From contig MU053559.1 in the NCBI GenBank assembly GCA_013239625.1, forward strand, positions 3,226,607 to 3,290,606: a DNA stretch of 64,000 bases. The letters are read 5' to 3'. Shown in pieces: positions 36,701 to 50,946 of this stretch. This DNA is from Lama guanicoe (taxonomy: Eukaryota). The position numbers were made by a program, and so were the translations under genes. Positions within the stretch are counted from its first letter, which is position 1; each line of letters begins with the position of its first letter. Under the pieces are notes generated by a model, which saw only the letters and a list, made by a program, of their open reading frames with translations, searched no databases and had not been told where the DNA came from.

Positions 36701-39700
36701 TTGGTAGCTCTCTGCCTCACTAGAGTATGGGTACATGCTTTGGTCAAGCCATTGAAATGGAAATCTAAATGCTTTTCTTTTCACTGAATTCTTGCTTACC
36801 ACGGTGGATATACTTATTTGAGTTCTCTTGGGGGATTCTCTGGTGCCAGTTTGCTCAACCTTTCCTGGTGAGGCTCAGCCAGGTTTCCAGCTTCTCTCTG
36901 CTTAGCTATCAATTCCATTCAGATCAGGTTAGTCCAGTTCAGAATGAAAACCGGTGATCTATTCAGCAGCTACTGGACACAGGTCATTGCAGTAGACTTA
37001 GGAGTTATGGAGCTGTGTGAGGACTTTCTAGGCTGGAAGGGGAGCAGAGACCTACAGTTATGTTACACGGTGTTATGAGTCGTTGAAGCAGCTGGAGGAT
37101 CTGATGTGAAACCTGAAAAACAAACCCCTCCGTTTGTGAAACCTGCCAGCCAGCTCTGCCCTCCTCCTCGGCTCTCTGCCCCAGACTCCAGGTGCCTGCC
37201 AGTACTTGGCTAAGAGGGGATGGTGCAAGTCGCTGACCTCCCAGATTGGGATTTAGAGCTCGGGTGTGGGAGACTGACTCCCATAGTCCTCTCTGAACCT
37301 TGGAATATTCATATGAACACACTTCCCTAAGTGATCACAGCCTCCTAGAAGACAAGGTGCTTTGTCTCTGGGATGAGACGAGGCTCACCTTACGTGTCTC
37401 GGTGTCCCTACTGCATAGTATTCCTGGCCTCCTGGGAATCTATATTGTGGGAGAAGGCACACAGAGCACACAAAGGGGTTGAAATAAAAAAGACTTTGTG
37501 TCACTCTTCGGTTCATTAAGAGAATTAGTTCCACCACCTCTGCATGCCAGCTTAGTCCAAATGTGTGGGCCCACGGGGCCAAATTGGTAGCCTCTTCTTG
37601 TATTATTTCCTAAAATTAGTCCTCTTTAGTGGACACCGTTGGGCATATTTGTTTTTGGGGCTGAGGGCAAAGGCAGCCAGGACTGTGCAGGTGGTGGCTG
37701 CTGTAGAGAAGCTGCCAGTGACCGTTAGATGGTTTGGAAGGATAATTTGGTCTTTAATAAATGTAAATGCCTGTTTAGAATCAACAAGTCTTCAGTGTAG
37801 ACTTGAAAATTTGAAAAAAATTATATATATATATAATGAGCAGAGAATATATGTATATATTATATAATATATAGTTGTATATGTATAGTAAGTCACTGAA
37901 ACATTTACCTGTGTCCTACTGAAAGGTGACCCTAATACAAAGGATGTGATAAAGGTTCCAAAATATCATATGATCCTTTAAATATTAAGTCCAACATTTG
38001 ATTGATATTTGTCTGTCAGCTTGATTTTGAGAATATAAAGTTTGCATGTGGGAAAATAAACATAGTGCGGGAGAGACATGGTACATTGCTAGTCACTCCC
38101 TGGGTTTGTAGGGGGCTTTCAGAGGCAGAGTAAATTCACTGGTGCGCTCTAGATCTAGCGGTCCTCGGCAAATGTGTCAGCTTCAGGTGCCTTGTGGTCC
38201 ACTTCAGTTGAGCTCTAGTGCTTAATTTCTTCCTGCTCACTTCTTTTGTTCACCCTATAGACTTACTGTATTATATAGAAAAAAAAGTCATGTGTGCCTG
38301 TAAAGCTGATATAACATGAGCATTATGCATTTAAACAGAAAATTATGCAAATGCAAAATTATGATGCATTTTATGGTCATGCTGACTTTTTATATTTCTC
38401 ATAACATATATTAAAATATCCCATTTAACAGACACTATAATTACACAACATTTCTTGAGTAACAACAGTTTACTTAATGTAGCTAACGACTGGAAATTAT
38501 ATCCATGATTCAGGGAGGATGGGAGTGAATCTTCACATTTACTTTTTCTGACTTTTTGGTAATGTTAAATTATTACACTTCGTGTTACTTAGGTAGTTCT
38601 GACATTTTAATTTTGTTTGTAATTCATCTGGTTCTAAAAATTCGTAAGACTGACTACATTTTATACATTATATTTCGGTATCCTTGAAGCCCAAACCAGG
38701 ACAAAGTCCTGGCAATCATTGTAGTCACGTTTCGTTCCTTGTCAGTGACTGTGGTCGGCAGAATACCTGGCGTCTCCACTCTGCAGCACCACAGGAAGGA
38801 GCCGACAGCTGCCAACCACACGGCAAAAGCCCTCCCCGAGAGGAAGCCAGGGGGCGATTTCGAATGCAGTGTGCAGCCTTGGTGCTTTAGTACCTTCCCT
38901 TACCTAATGCCCCAACATGTTTTGGGGGAGAAAAAAGTGGCAGACGGGCTAAGAGAAGGAGTTGGCTCTGGTCCCAAGAAAGGTGCATGAGTAAGCTTTC
39001 TATTTATGGAGAAGCAGAGAGCTTGATAGAATTCCAAGAGATCTATGTAGCCCCGTGTAAAACCCAGTCTGACTCCTAAAAAGATGAGATTCTTTTGTGC
39101 ATCTCAGGATTCTAAAGAGGAGGTCAGTTCTTCCACAAAACAATCCAGTGTGACTCCCCCCGTAGGCAGCCTGGCTATCCCGCTAGCCCCAGCTGGCCTG
39201 CTGGGCTCGAGCGTGTCACTCCCTCATTATTTCACGTGCATGAGTGCGGACTGGCAGATGGAGGCCTGTTGGACTTTCCTGTAGCATGAAGGTTGGAAAA
39301 GGCTCCAGGGGCTCTAGCAGGTGTTTCTTTCACTGAAGGGACAGGGATTTGAATGTAAACCATTCTTACCTAGAATTCCTGTCTTAGGTTATTCTTTGTC
39401 TGTAAGAGGACTTAGCATCGATTCTTAGTGGCTGAGACACCCAAACTAGTAACAAGACCATTCATTCCCATTGTCTTTGAATACTTATTAGGCTGTACTG
39501 ACATTAAGGATGAGCAAGAAACTTAAAGCACCTCTAATTTTGTAGAGTCATTTCTGGCCCTCTCTGAACTAGAAGCAGCAGGGCATCCAAGATGAGAGTT
39601 TAATGATCATTTGAGCAAATCAGCCATCCAACGGTGCAGGGACAGGGGTAGAATTTGCTTCTGGTCTCACCACATGGCCTTGATGGACCTAACAATTTGG

Positions 39701-42543
39701 CCTTTTCTTTTTTTTTTTTTTTTAACCTCTCCTAAGAGGAAAAGAGGGTTGAGGATTAGATTTCTAATGGGATTTCTAAGGGGATGGATGATTTCTAAGG
39801 GGTTTCTAGCTATAGCTAGAAAATGATGTGATTCACTAATTATTTGACCCCAAAATGAACATCCCACCAAACTCATTTGACCTGGGTATTGGGTACAAGC
39901 AGAGGTGGATTTACCTTAAAGTTAATTAAGCTTAAGCTCTAGGGTTCTTTCTTTGCAGGGGCCCCAATTCCAAGGCCCTGGGCCTCATTTTGTCTTAATT
40001 ATTTGGCATTCTTGGTCTTGAAGAGCTTCTCCCAAATTATATAAGCTTCAGGCCTCCTGAAACCTGGGTTCATATCTGCGTTGCTAGAACATCAGAGATG
40101 AACATTGAGATAATTAAAGGCTTTTCCCAGCATCGTTTCCAACTGAGATGGTGAATAGTAAATCACTGGGAAGGAGTATTAAGACTTAACCTTTTAAAGA
40201 TCTATCACCTCTCTGTAAATTTGTTGGAATCTAGTCAATTGTGGATGGACATTCAATATATATGTTTTTACAAATCTCCTGGAATTAGAGGAATCAAACT
40301 GTTTGAAAGACAGTTGTGTCTCAGGATCCAGCAGAGTGTCAGTGTAAGAAGATATTTGAGAAGATGCTTTGTGAAAAAAAATGTATACTTTTTCATCAGA
40401 TGTTTTTGTTAATACCTGAAACCTGCAGGATGCTGGGCTGATGGAAAACCAGAGACAGGAAACTTACTCAGGTGCGAATCCAGACCACTGTGAATATATG
40501 CAATTACCCAGAGAAATGAGATCTTGAGTCAGGATATCCAAAAAAGATTGTGGTGTTACAAAAATCAGGCATGGTAGAGTGGAACAGTTCTCGGCATTTA
40601 CACACTAGATGGCACTGTGGGTGCAGAGGAAAGCTCTAAATTGATTCTTTTGTTACTTAAATCTGTTGCAAAAATTATGTAGTTGAGAAAACAACACTGT
40701 GTTATAAAACCTGTAATTTGGGGTGGGGGGAGGTATAGAATGCAGTCTTAATTACTTTGAGATTCAATATGTGTCCTCTTTTGGTTAGACTACTTAGATT
40801 AGTATATAAAGTTGTATGGATATGTCCCCTGTTAGGAGAAACTGATCATGCCCCGATTTTCTAATAATCACGTTGCGCTCTCCCTGCCGTCCCTATGGTC
40901 CTTTCTCTGAAATGAAGGTACCAGTTAGTGGTGTGTTTCATGTAACAGTTCACAATGATAGGGTCTGCTGCAGTTCTGCCTAATTCCAAGATGTGAACTT
41001 TCCTCTTTATTACCAAAGCTTCTCTTTAATTGCCCCAAAAATAGCAGTAAGAGAGGCTCCCTAGTCACTTCCATACCAACAGTCTGGCTGTCCCCTTCCC
41101 CCGAGCCAGTGAGAAATAGTTGATGGCATCCTCTTTGCCAGTATGTCTTCTGTAAGCAGTTTCTGTTAGGCTGGAACAATACTCTTTTGGTGATTATGCT
41201 TGCGGGGATTTCACACAAAGGCTGTTAGGAAGTCTAAGGAATGGGAAGGTTGAAAACATTTTCAAATCAGAGGTAGAAAGAGCCTCAAACCCTTAGCCTT
41301 TTGATTAATCTGTATGAAGACAAAAAATCCCTCAGTTTTAAGACTGCAGTTGCCTTGGAGGACAAATTGATGCACATTTTCAGTTAGAGAGACATGCAGT
41401 CAACCTGTACTTTTGCTTCTGTTAGAACTTTGGCAATGGAAAAGGAAATCTTTGCTTATGTAAAACTCCATTCAGTCACAAATGGGAACACCTATGGGAT
41501 ACTCAACATATGGGAAAAAGTAGAAATTAGATTCTGTGGGTTGTTTTGTTGCTTTGTTTCGTTTTGTTTTACAAAAGATCCTGGCATCATCTTTGCTATT
41601 TGTGCTGGGATACACACAGGTGACTGGGATCTGCTGAGGCAATGTGTTATCTGCTCTGGAGCGCGCACTTGCTTCTCAGAGAGGAGTACCTCACAGCTCC
41701 CAGGCTGTGTCTCCAGCTCTTTCTCCATGTCTCCTTTCTCACAGATGATAAATGAATAAAGGAAGTCCACAGTACTAACCACTTACCACTCCCATTGAGA
41801 GAGTAGGCAGTGGCTGTTTTAAAAGTTCTGTTTTTTTGGTTCGGGTTTTATTTATTTATTTATATTTACTAATTTGTTTTGTGGCTCCGTCACATTTCAG
41901 TTCAGTTGCAGTCTTTCTTTGGCCAGTAACAAGAGCAGCCTGGAGCAGCGGCTGGTGAGAAGTTTTGTTTTGTTTTTTTTAACTGAATAGTAAAGTGCCA
42001 AGGCCTGGAGTTGAGTTGGAGGAAGGGAGAGGGCTTAAAAAGTGGGCGCAGGAGGAGGTGCCCTCAGATGGGGAAGGTAAAGGCAAAAAAAAGTCAGAAG
42101 TCAGTCCTGTTTGGAAAGGAATTTGATTAGTGAGTGTTGACTAAAGATAGCACAGGGCTACATTACAGGTTAAAATATGGAATGGGTGGTGTAAAGTTCC
42201 AAGTTCGAATTTTCATATCATTGGAAAAATCAGGGAAAAACAAAAACTGTTCTAAAACGGGGATGTGATGACAAAAGATAAATGTTTACTTATTCGACAC
42301 AGACAGTTTCTTTTTTTTTTCTTTCTTTTGAACCATTGGCGATTATTGAGTGAGTTCTGTGGTTTCTGTAAACATGATTGAAACCTGCCCTCACAGGATT
42401 TCGCTGTGTTTTGTTTGAAAGAGTTTAAAATAGTCCACAAAGATCTCCATGTTCGTCTTGAAAACATAACAAACCTTTCAAAATAGCCATAATCAGGGCA
42501 AAAAAAAAATATTGATGTTTCATTTGCCTTTGTTTTGTTGTAG

Positions 42544-42709
42544 AGAACTTTACCTCGATTTCATGCAAGGCCCCATCTCCTCCAAAAATAGAAAGGAAAT
42601 TTCCACCTTATACCGGCTTTGGTTCTGAAGAGGATTCTCTCCGCTCCTGCATAGGCCTCATGCCCACACCTCATCAGAGGGACTTGAAGAAGTTCATGGA
42701 AAAAGACAG
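42544..42709 (+). CDS. EFHC2: EFHC2 coding exon (~exon 8), 166 bp
   Basis: ttgtag|AG AAC...GAC AG|gtgctt; (E)NFTSISCKAPSPPKIERKFPPYTGFGSEEDSLRSCIGLMPTPHQRDLKKFMEKD(S); phase 1->2. Confidence 0.95.
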
Positions 42710-42889
42710 GTGCTTGAGGGAACCATTATTTGAGTCTGATCTTTCCCAGATGTGTTCGGGGTTTATAATATTGTCCTCATGACAAAACAGATGATACTTA
42801 ATTTATCTCACTTCAAGTCCAGGGACATGTTATATAGCTTTTTAATGAAGTTGATTAATATATAAGTGTTAACAGGTTCTTCAATGCTT

Positions 42890-43760
42890 ATTTTATTTAT
42901 TTTCTTCCAGCTTCATTGAGAAAAAATTGACATACAATATTTGTCAAGTTATAAGTTTAAAATGTACAGCATGATGCTTTGATATATATATATTGAAAAA
43001 TGATCACCACAGTAAGATTAGTTAAGATCCATCACCTCACATAGTTAGAATTTTTTTTTCTTGTGATGAGAACTTCTAAGATTTACTCTCTTAGAAACTT
43101 TCAGATATATAATACAGTATTATTGACTGTAGTCATCATGTTGTGTGTTACGTTCCCAGAACTTATTTATCTTATAGCTGGAAGTTTGTACCTCTTGATC
43201 CCCTTTACCCAATTCCCCCAACCTCCTCACCCCAGCCCCTGGCAACCATAAATCTGATCTCTATTTTTATGAGTTTGGGTTTTTTTTTTTTAAGATTCTA
43301 CATATAAGTGAGATCATGCAATACTTGTCTTTGTCTAACTTATTTTACTTAGCATAATGCCCTCAGGGTCCATCCATGTTGTCTCAAATGGCAGGATTTC
43401 CCTTTTTATGGTTGAATAATACTCCGTTATGTGCATGTGTGTGTATGTATGAGATATATAAACATATATATATATATATATATATGTTTCTTTATCCATT
43501 TATCTGTCAATGGATATTTTGATTGTTTCCCTGTCTTAGCTATTGCAAATAATGCTGCAGTGAACATGGGGGTACTGATATCTTTTTGGAACAGTGCTTT
43601 CATTTCTTTTGCATATATATCCATAAGTAGAATTGCTGGATCATATGGTAGTTCTATTTTTAATTTTTTGAAGAGACGCTATACTGTTTTCTATAGTGGT
43701 TACACCACTTTACATTCCCACCAATAGAGCAGAAGTGTTCTCGATTCTCCACATGCTCAC
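42890..43760 (-). mobile_element. L1 (L1MA-like) 3' end
   Basis: Antisense 3' UTR plus ORF2 tail peptide (STPMFTAALFAIAK). Confidence 0.85.
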
Positions 43761-43904
43761 ATTGAGTGGTTATCTTAATGTGTCGCCTGGAAACCCTTCA
43801 AGCCATCTTATCCCCAATTTTATATTGCCTTTCCATGTATATGCATATATATATGCCTTTCCATATACATCTCTCCTCAAGATGGTCCCTAGGAAATGGT
43901 GTAG

Positions 43905-44240
43905 ATTAGAGGTCAACAAACTTTTTCCGAAAGAGTCAGATAGTAAATATTTTTGGCTTTGCAGGCCACACGGCCTCTGTCACAACCACTTAGCTCTGCC
44001 GTTGTAGCATGAAAGCAGCCACAGTGGGTAAACAAATGTGTAACTACATTCCAGTAAAACTTGTTTATAGACATCGACATTTGAATTTCATATAATTTTT
44101 ACATATCACAAAATACTCTTCTTTTGATTGTTTTCAATCTTTTAAAAATGTGCAGACTATCCTTAGCTCACAGGCCATACAAAAGCAGGTGGCGGAATGT
44201 ATTTGGGCCCAGAGGCTGTATACAGTTTACCTACCCCTGG
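43905..44240. mobile_element. MER58-like hAT-Charlie element
   Basis: 'gaggtcaacaaactttttccgaaagagtcagatagtaaatatttt' ... 'agtttacctacccctg'. Confidence 0.8.
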
Positions 44241-44889
44241 GATAGTAGCTTTTGTGATTTGTAAGTGTTTTTTAGAATGTTATTTGGTAATTACTGTGGT
44301 TTTACTTTGAGAGGTTTGGTTGAATTCAGTAGCCATAGATTGCTCACATGGTGGACTATAATTTCAAAAGATGGACTTTCCAAAGTGTTCCTAAGATATA
44401 TGAGGAAAGATGTACCCCTGAGTCATGTGTATAGATAGATGTGGGCACTGCTCAGGGCTGTTTTTTGCTTCTGCAGGGAAAGCAGGCCGTGGAGAAAGAA
44501 GCTGATGGGGGAGAGTGGTGGGAAAATGTTGCAGATGCTTGAATAGGATGTGAGCTAAACGTTGAAGCCCTGCATGAGCGAAATAATGGGTCAGGAGAAC
44601 CTGTGGAGGAAGATGATAAAAGGGAACATGTAGTAAGAGCAGGAGAGGAGAACAGGGCAGCATCCTGAATCTGATCAAACTGAATGGCATCACATGCTGT
44701 GGTAGAATATTTTGAGGTACAGAGGATAGTTTTGCTGTAAATTGTAAAAATGGTGAAAATATGTTCAGAATTGTACAGAACGTCTAAAAGGCTACCTTTG
44801 TCGTGACATGCTGTCCCTTGTCTTTTAAGAAATAACCTTTTGTTTTTAAGGACTTGGGAGTTTTGTCTTTAAGTTGCAGAGTTGATGCT

Positions 44890-45050
44890 GCTCAAAGTGT
44901 GGTCCTCATACTGGTTGGAAATACAAATTCTTGTGCCTTGCCCCTGACCTCCAGAGGCAGACTCTCTCGGGGTGGGGCCCGGTCCTGTGTTTTAACAAGC
45001 CTTCCAGGGGGTGGTTCCCTGGTGGGCACCAGGGTTTGAGAACCACTGCT
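44890..45050. mobile_element. MER5A-like element
   Basis: 'ctcaaagtgtggtcc...tgttttaacaagccttccagg...tttgagaaccactg'. Confidence 0.75.
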
Positions 45051-46009
45051 TTTGATCACAGAAGAGGGACCCAAACTCATACTCCATGTTCCCTTAGAGA
45101 GAGCAGTGTTTACAGCGAGATTCGAGGGCAGGACTTTTGGTGGCTACTTTTCACTAACTGCTGTTTTTAAGGGCAGCCACCCGAAGGAGGCGGGCAGGAA
45201 GAATGTCCCTATTGTAAAAGGAGAGGGAATTTTTCTTATAAGTAAACAAGATGAAACATGATCTAGGATGTTGCTTCTGGAACCCAGGGGGAAAACGGTT
45301 CCTTGTGGGTAATTGTCTTAGTCTCTCTTTCTGTCTGCACCACGTCAACTTGCCCACAGAGCACTGACTGTAGACAGCATTCTACGTTCTGGTCATGCTG
45401 TTGTGGCTGGAGGACGGTGGTAGAGGCACGAATGCCTCTAATTTCTTTTCTTTCTGTCCACTGCTCGTTCTGTGCCAGGAATACAACTTCCTCAAGCTCC
45501 TCCCACACAGTGACCTTGTTTCCATGGAAACTGGCACATTCAGCTGGAGACTTATACATGAGTTTGAATAACCCAAGGTTTTAAAAGCGTGAGAACCTAA
45601 GGAAGATGATGCTCACAAAGCATACAAAGAATAGTTTCTAAATGCAAATAAATAAACCGTGAATTGAGACGTGCAATACTACGTAACATGTGTTGATTAT
45701 GTATATTGCTGTTGAAAGTTTTTCCTGGGTGCTCACTGTTACATGAGGTTAATGGTGATCTACTGTGAGTCGTTGGAGGAGATAGTTTCAAATTCAAGCA
45801 TATGAGGTTTTTGTTGGAATGAGGACCTTTATTGTCTGGGGAAAAATTCACTGGTGGCCTGCTGGGCAGATTGTCTAGTCTGACTTGGGAGAACCCGAGT
45901 AATAATATCTTTCTTGCTGCACCTGGCTGAATTAGTTACTTTGTCCTCCATGTGCTCACAATCCTCTGCTGATCACACCTCTAATAATAATATTACTAAT
46001 AAAAAGCAA

Positions 46010-46230
46010 TTTGTGTTTATGGTGTGCTAACTACTTTACAATACTCGATCTCATTTAATCCTCAAAACAACCTCATAAAGTAGATACTATTATTGTACCC
46101 ATTCTTCACATGAGGAAACTGAGGCTCAGAGAGGCTATACAATGTGCCCAAGCTCACACAGCTAATCTTTAGTTGAACTAGGATTTGAACCCAGGGAAGC
46201 CTGGCTCCTGGAGTTCACCTTTCTTGCCAC
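46010..46230 (-). mobile_element. MIR SINE
   Basis: 'tctcatttaatcctcaaaacaacc...atgaggaaactgaggctcagagagg'. Confidence 0.85.
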
Positions 46231-46677
46231 AGAACCTGTACTTAACACAGTGTGGACCAGTTACTTGTTTATATCTAGAGCAAGAGCTCCTTGAGGGCAG
46301 GGACTGGCTTTATTGCTTCTCTCACAGTTAGAGCAGTGCTGGCTGTATACTTGGGTTCAATCAGTATTTTGTCCAATAAGAGAAGGAATGATGAATAAAT
46401 GAGTAAATAGAATGAACATTCACCCTTTTAGTTCTTAATGAATGACAGAATAGACAGTTATCCCAGACTTGTGTTATTCCTAATCAAATAGCATCTAAAA
46501 ATTCATTTAATCTTAACCTCTGACTTATTTCAGATATTGTCCATCTGCTGTCTCCTTCAGTTATTTCCCCTTTAAAAAAGTTTTTCCCCTCAATAAAAAT
46601 AAACCTTCACACCTCTTCTAACCATAAGATTATGGCTGTCTTTAAGGTTTTCAGTAAGTCTGTAGCCCTGGGTGAGC

Positions 46678-48135
46678 CATTCATTTTCTTAGTCAACAAA
46701 TGAGTACCTGCTATGTGCCAAACACTGATCTTGGGGCTTGGCATACATCAGTGAACAAAGCAGACACAAAGCCCTGCCCTCATAGAACTTACATTCTAGC
46801 TGGAGAAGGCAGGAAATAAACAATAAAGATAATACAGAAGTACATTCTGTAGTATATAAAAGGTATTAAAGTACTATGGAAAAATAAAGAAGGTAGTAAG
46901 TTGCTATGAAAAGAATAAAGGGGAGCTTGGAGTGTGGGACTGAGGATCACCCATTTTCTATTTTAAACAGTATGGCCTGGATGGACCTTACTGAGGAAAG
47001 GAAACATTTTCTAGGCAGAAGGAACAGTCAGTGTAAAGGCCCTGAGCAAGGAGCAGGCTTGGGATGCACAGGGAGCAGGCAGGAGGTCAACATGGATACA
47101 AAAGATGAGTAATGGGCAGAATAGACAGATTAAGAGAGGTCCTGGGTGATCAGATCTCATAGGGCCTTGCAGATCATTGTAAGGATTCTTTTGACTTTAA
47201 GGGATGAGAGGAGCCATTGGGAGATTTGAGCAGAGGAGTGACTTGATCTGATTTACACAGTAAAAGAATCACTCCAGATGCATTGTTGAGAGTAGACTGT
47301 AAAAGGGCAATGGTGGAAGTAAAGATGAGTCAGGAGGCTACTGCAGTAGTCCAAGAGAAGTTATGATGGCTCGATCTGGGCGAGTGCCATGGAAGTGATG
47401 AGAAATGGCAGATTCTGGAAATATTTTGAAGGTTGATTCAATAGGATTTCCTGGCAGATTGGATATGATGTGTGAAGGAAGAGGTAACGACTCCCAAGGT
47501 TTCTCCAGCTAGGAAGATGGAGTTGCCATCTACTGAGATGAAAAGACTGTAGTTAGAGTAGATTTGGGGCAAGAACAGAAGTTGTTTTGGAACAAGTTAA
47601 GTTTGAGATGTCTATTAGTTATCTAGTGATGATACTGAGTTGCCAACTGGATAAATGAGTCTGGGGTTCGAGAGAGAGGTCTGAGCTAGAGGTAGAACTT
47701 TGGAAATCATCAGCATGTAGCTAGTATTGAAAGCGTGAGACTAGAAGAAATCACCAAAGGAGTGAGTATACACAGAGAAGTGGGTGACCAGGTTATTCCT
47801 TGTTATCCCTGGGACACCCCAAATTAAGAGCTTGAGGAAACAAGGAGGAACCAGCAGAGGAGAGTGAAAAGGAGCAAGCAAGGAGGTAGGAGCAAAACCA
47901 AGAGAATATAGGATCCTGGAAGCCAAGTGAAGCGAGAGTGTCATGGAAGAAGGAGTGATCGTTTGTACCAAGTGCTGCTGATTGGTGAAGTTAGACATAA
48001 AAATGAACCATTGGAATTGGCATTTGTGGAGATCATTGTTGACCTTGACAAGAGTAGTTTAGGGAGAGCAAACCTAATGGAAATGGATTTAAGAGTGAAT
48101 GGGAGAAGAATTCAAGACAGTGACTATAGATAACT
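46678..48135 (-). mobile_element. L2 (long fragment)
   Basis: 'caacaaatgagtacctgctatgtgcca...cagtgaacaaagcagacacaaagccctgccctcatagaacttacattctag' followed by purine-rich L2 body. Confidence 0.85.
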
Positions 48136-48727
48136 CCAGGCTGTGTGTAGAAAAAAATTAAGACATAGCTGCTGGACCTGGGAATTTGTCATTTGTTTTG
48201 AGACAGTGGGAAGAAACACATTTTAAAAAAAGCCAATCAATAATACAAAGTCTATACATGCTAAGTTGGGTGCCGTGGATAACGATTGGTGCAGAAGGCG
48301 TGAATAGGAGGTCAGCTGAGTGGGCAGCCATGGTCAAGATGAGCTCTACTGATGGGGGCCCAAATGGATGGACAGGACTCTGGGCAGGCATAGAAAAAGA
48401 TGAGGGTGTACCCTGGGAGAAGGGATGACACCAAGTGAAGACTGGAAGTAGAAACAAGCACAGTGTGGGGCACTAAATGAAGTGGCCTGTGTGACTTGAC
48501 TAGGGTGTGTATTGTAGGTAGTCATGACAAATAGCTGTCTGTGTATGTATTTGAACCTGACTGTTGATGGCTCAGAAAGCCAGATTGAGCAGTATCGGTG
48601 GTATGATCGGAAGCAGGGAAAACGTTGAAGTTTTTTTGAGTGCTGGGAGTATTGTGATAAAAAGAGTTGTTTAGAGAAGTTTAATAATTAGCTTATTAGT
48701 CAAGGAAATAATCTGAAGATACATGCA

Positions 48728-48920
48728 AGTGTTTTTCAAAGTGTGCTCTGGGGATAAGTTCACCAGAATCTCCTGGGGAGCTTTTTAAAAATGCAGGATT
48801 CTGGAGATGCAAGCTAAACTACTGAATCCATATCTCTGGGGGTAGGACTCTGGGTTCCGTATGTTTAACAAGCTCCCCAGGTGACTTTCATACACAATAA
48901 AGTTTGTGAACTACTGGTCT
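48728..48920. mobile_element. MER5-like element
   Basis: 'ttttcaaagtgtg...cagaatctcctggggagctttttaaaaatgcag...tttaacaagctccccaggtga'. Confidence 0.75.
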
Positions 48921-50377
48921 AAAGATTTTGTTTGAGTAGATTACATTCCTGATTGATAAGCTCTCTAGAAAACTAGACTTAGGTGACAAAAAGGTGTATT
49001 AAACATGAGAAATCCATACTTAATGTACACACTTACAAATTTATAAAAGTTTTAAGAAACGAAATTTGCAGCAGTATACATTTGGCCTGACATTAGACCT
49101 CATTCAGTTGTTTCAGTGATATTTGAAGCATCTGTAAAAGTTATGGATCTTTCATGAGAGAGGGGTTACCAAATCTGTTTGTTACTTATAAATCCAATTA
49201 TATACCAGGGAATATGGTTGACAAGATATAGCGGCTCCCCCCACCCCCTCCGCCATGCAGTGTGATGTCTGTCTGAAGCCTGGGAAACTAGGGACTAAGA
49301 AAATAGCTCTGGAGATCTGGCTGTTTTACTTGAGCTGTCCTGGGGCTAGCCTTCCAAATTGTTACTTTCCATTTCACTTGAGGCCTCCAGCTGGGAATCA
49401 CGGTGCCATGCTCTTTCAGCCCGGCTTCCTTGGACAGTCAGAGAAAGGGGTGGAGAAAAGCACCGTTTGCCTCTGCAGATCAGAAATAAGCTTTTTTGTT
49501 CCTTTTTAAATCACTGCGACCACAAAGGAGAGAATGAATTTGAACATAGGAGAATCTAAAAGCAAGGACCTCCCTACCTAGAGTTGTGACAGGGAAGGGC
49601 CAAAGTACATGGTTTATTTTACTCTGTGCCTCCTTGCGACAACAATTTTGATTATCAAAGACCTCCCAAAGGATTTCGTATTTGCCATGCAGTCCACCTT
49701 TCACTAGCTGGTATCCACAGACTGGCTTCTGCTGACAGACCATAAATTAATTTCTTCAATGACCAGGCAATTGATTTGGGGAACTTTTGATTCTAGAATT
49801 TGATCTCCTCTTCAGTCTACTAGACCATTCTATTCATGCATAGAATTCTAAGTGCAAAATCCAATCTATACAGATTTTTTAACAACTTTGTACAAACATT
49901 TATTGAGTACTTAGAATGTAAAAAGTGTTATGTTAGACAGCGATTAATAACATGTGGTCCTTGCCTTCAGAAAACAGACTTGTAACGGCGACTTAACAGT
50001 ATGAGTGACAAGTGTTGTGAAAGGGGAGGTCTATCATATTTAATATAGCATTTGAAAGGGGAAAGGTAATTTTTTAAAACTTTTTTTAATTTTTTAATTT
50101 TTAAAATTTTTTCTTGCTGACACGATTGGTGGATTGTTGACCAGCTTTATGAGTAGGGAGCAACCATTTCATGCAGATGATTTGAGCAGTGCATTTATGA
50201 CATTTGTTGTGGGTACATTTTCCCAGTGTGTTACCCCGGATATCAAAACGATAAGTAATATTTTAATCAACTGAGAAAATACCTCTGCATTATAGATTTA
50301 GAGACCTAATAAGAAGATGGTTGAACTTTTTCAGCCTCCGAGAGTTTATGCTACTGTCTTAAAACCATAGCACACCT

Positions 50378-50701
50378 GGGGGATGGGAAGTGGGTAAAAT
50401 GGATGAAGGGGGTCAAAGGTGCAAACTTCTAGTTATAAAATATTTTAAGTCATGGGGATGTGATGTACAGCATGATGGTGATAGTCAATAATGCTGTAGT
50501 ACATATTTCAAAGTTGCTAAGAGAGTAGATCTTAAAAGTTACCATCATGAGAAAAACATTTTTGTAATTAGGTGTGGTGATGGATGTTAACTAGACTGAT
50601 TGTGGTGATCATCTCACAATATATACAAATATCAAATCATTGTGTTGTACACCGGAAGCTAATCTAATGTTATGTGTCAATTATACCTCAATTTAAAAAA
50701 A
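50378..50701 (+). mobile_element. L1 3' end, sense orientation
   Basis: 'gtcatggggatgtgatgtacagcatg...gttgctaagagagtagatcttaaaag...gtcaattatacctcaatttaaaaaa'. Confidence 0.85.
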
Positions 50702-50803
50702 CCAGAGCATACCTTTTGCAGGGTTTTTGTTGTTGTTGTTACATGCATAATGTGTGGAAGATTACTTGTATAATGTTATAATCCTCATTTTTCTTCCATT
50801 TAG

Positions 50804-50946
50804 CTATGGCAACATAAGCAACAGGCTCCGGTTTTTTGCAAAACTAATTACAAAAAAACGTGCTGAAATGGACAGGCTGTTTATTATTTCCTATTTTTTC
50901 AGTGATGACGCAATTTCAGTGTTTGAACCCATAGAGAGGAATTCAG
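50804..50946 (+). CDS. EFHC2: EFHC2 coding exon (~exon 9; DM10-3), 143 bp
   Basis: catttag|C TAT...TCA G|gtaaga; YGNISNRLRFFAKLITKKRAEMDRLFIISYFFSDDAISVFEPIERNS; phase 2->1. Confidence 0.95.
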
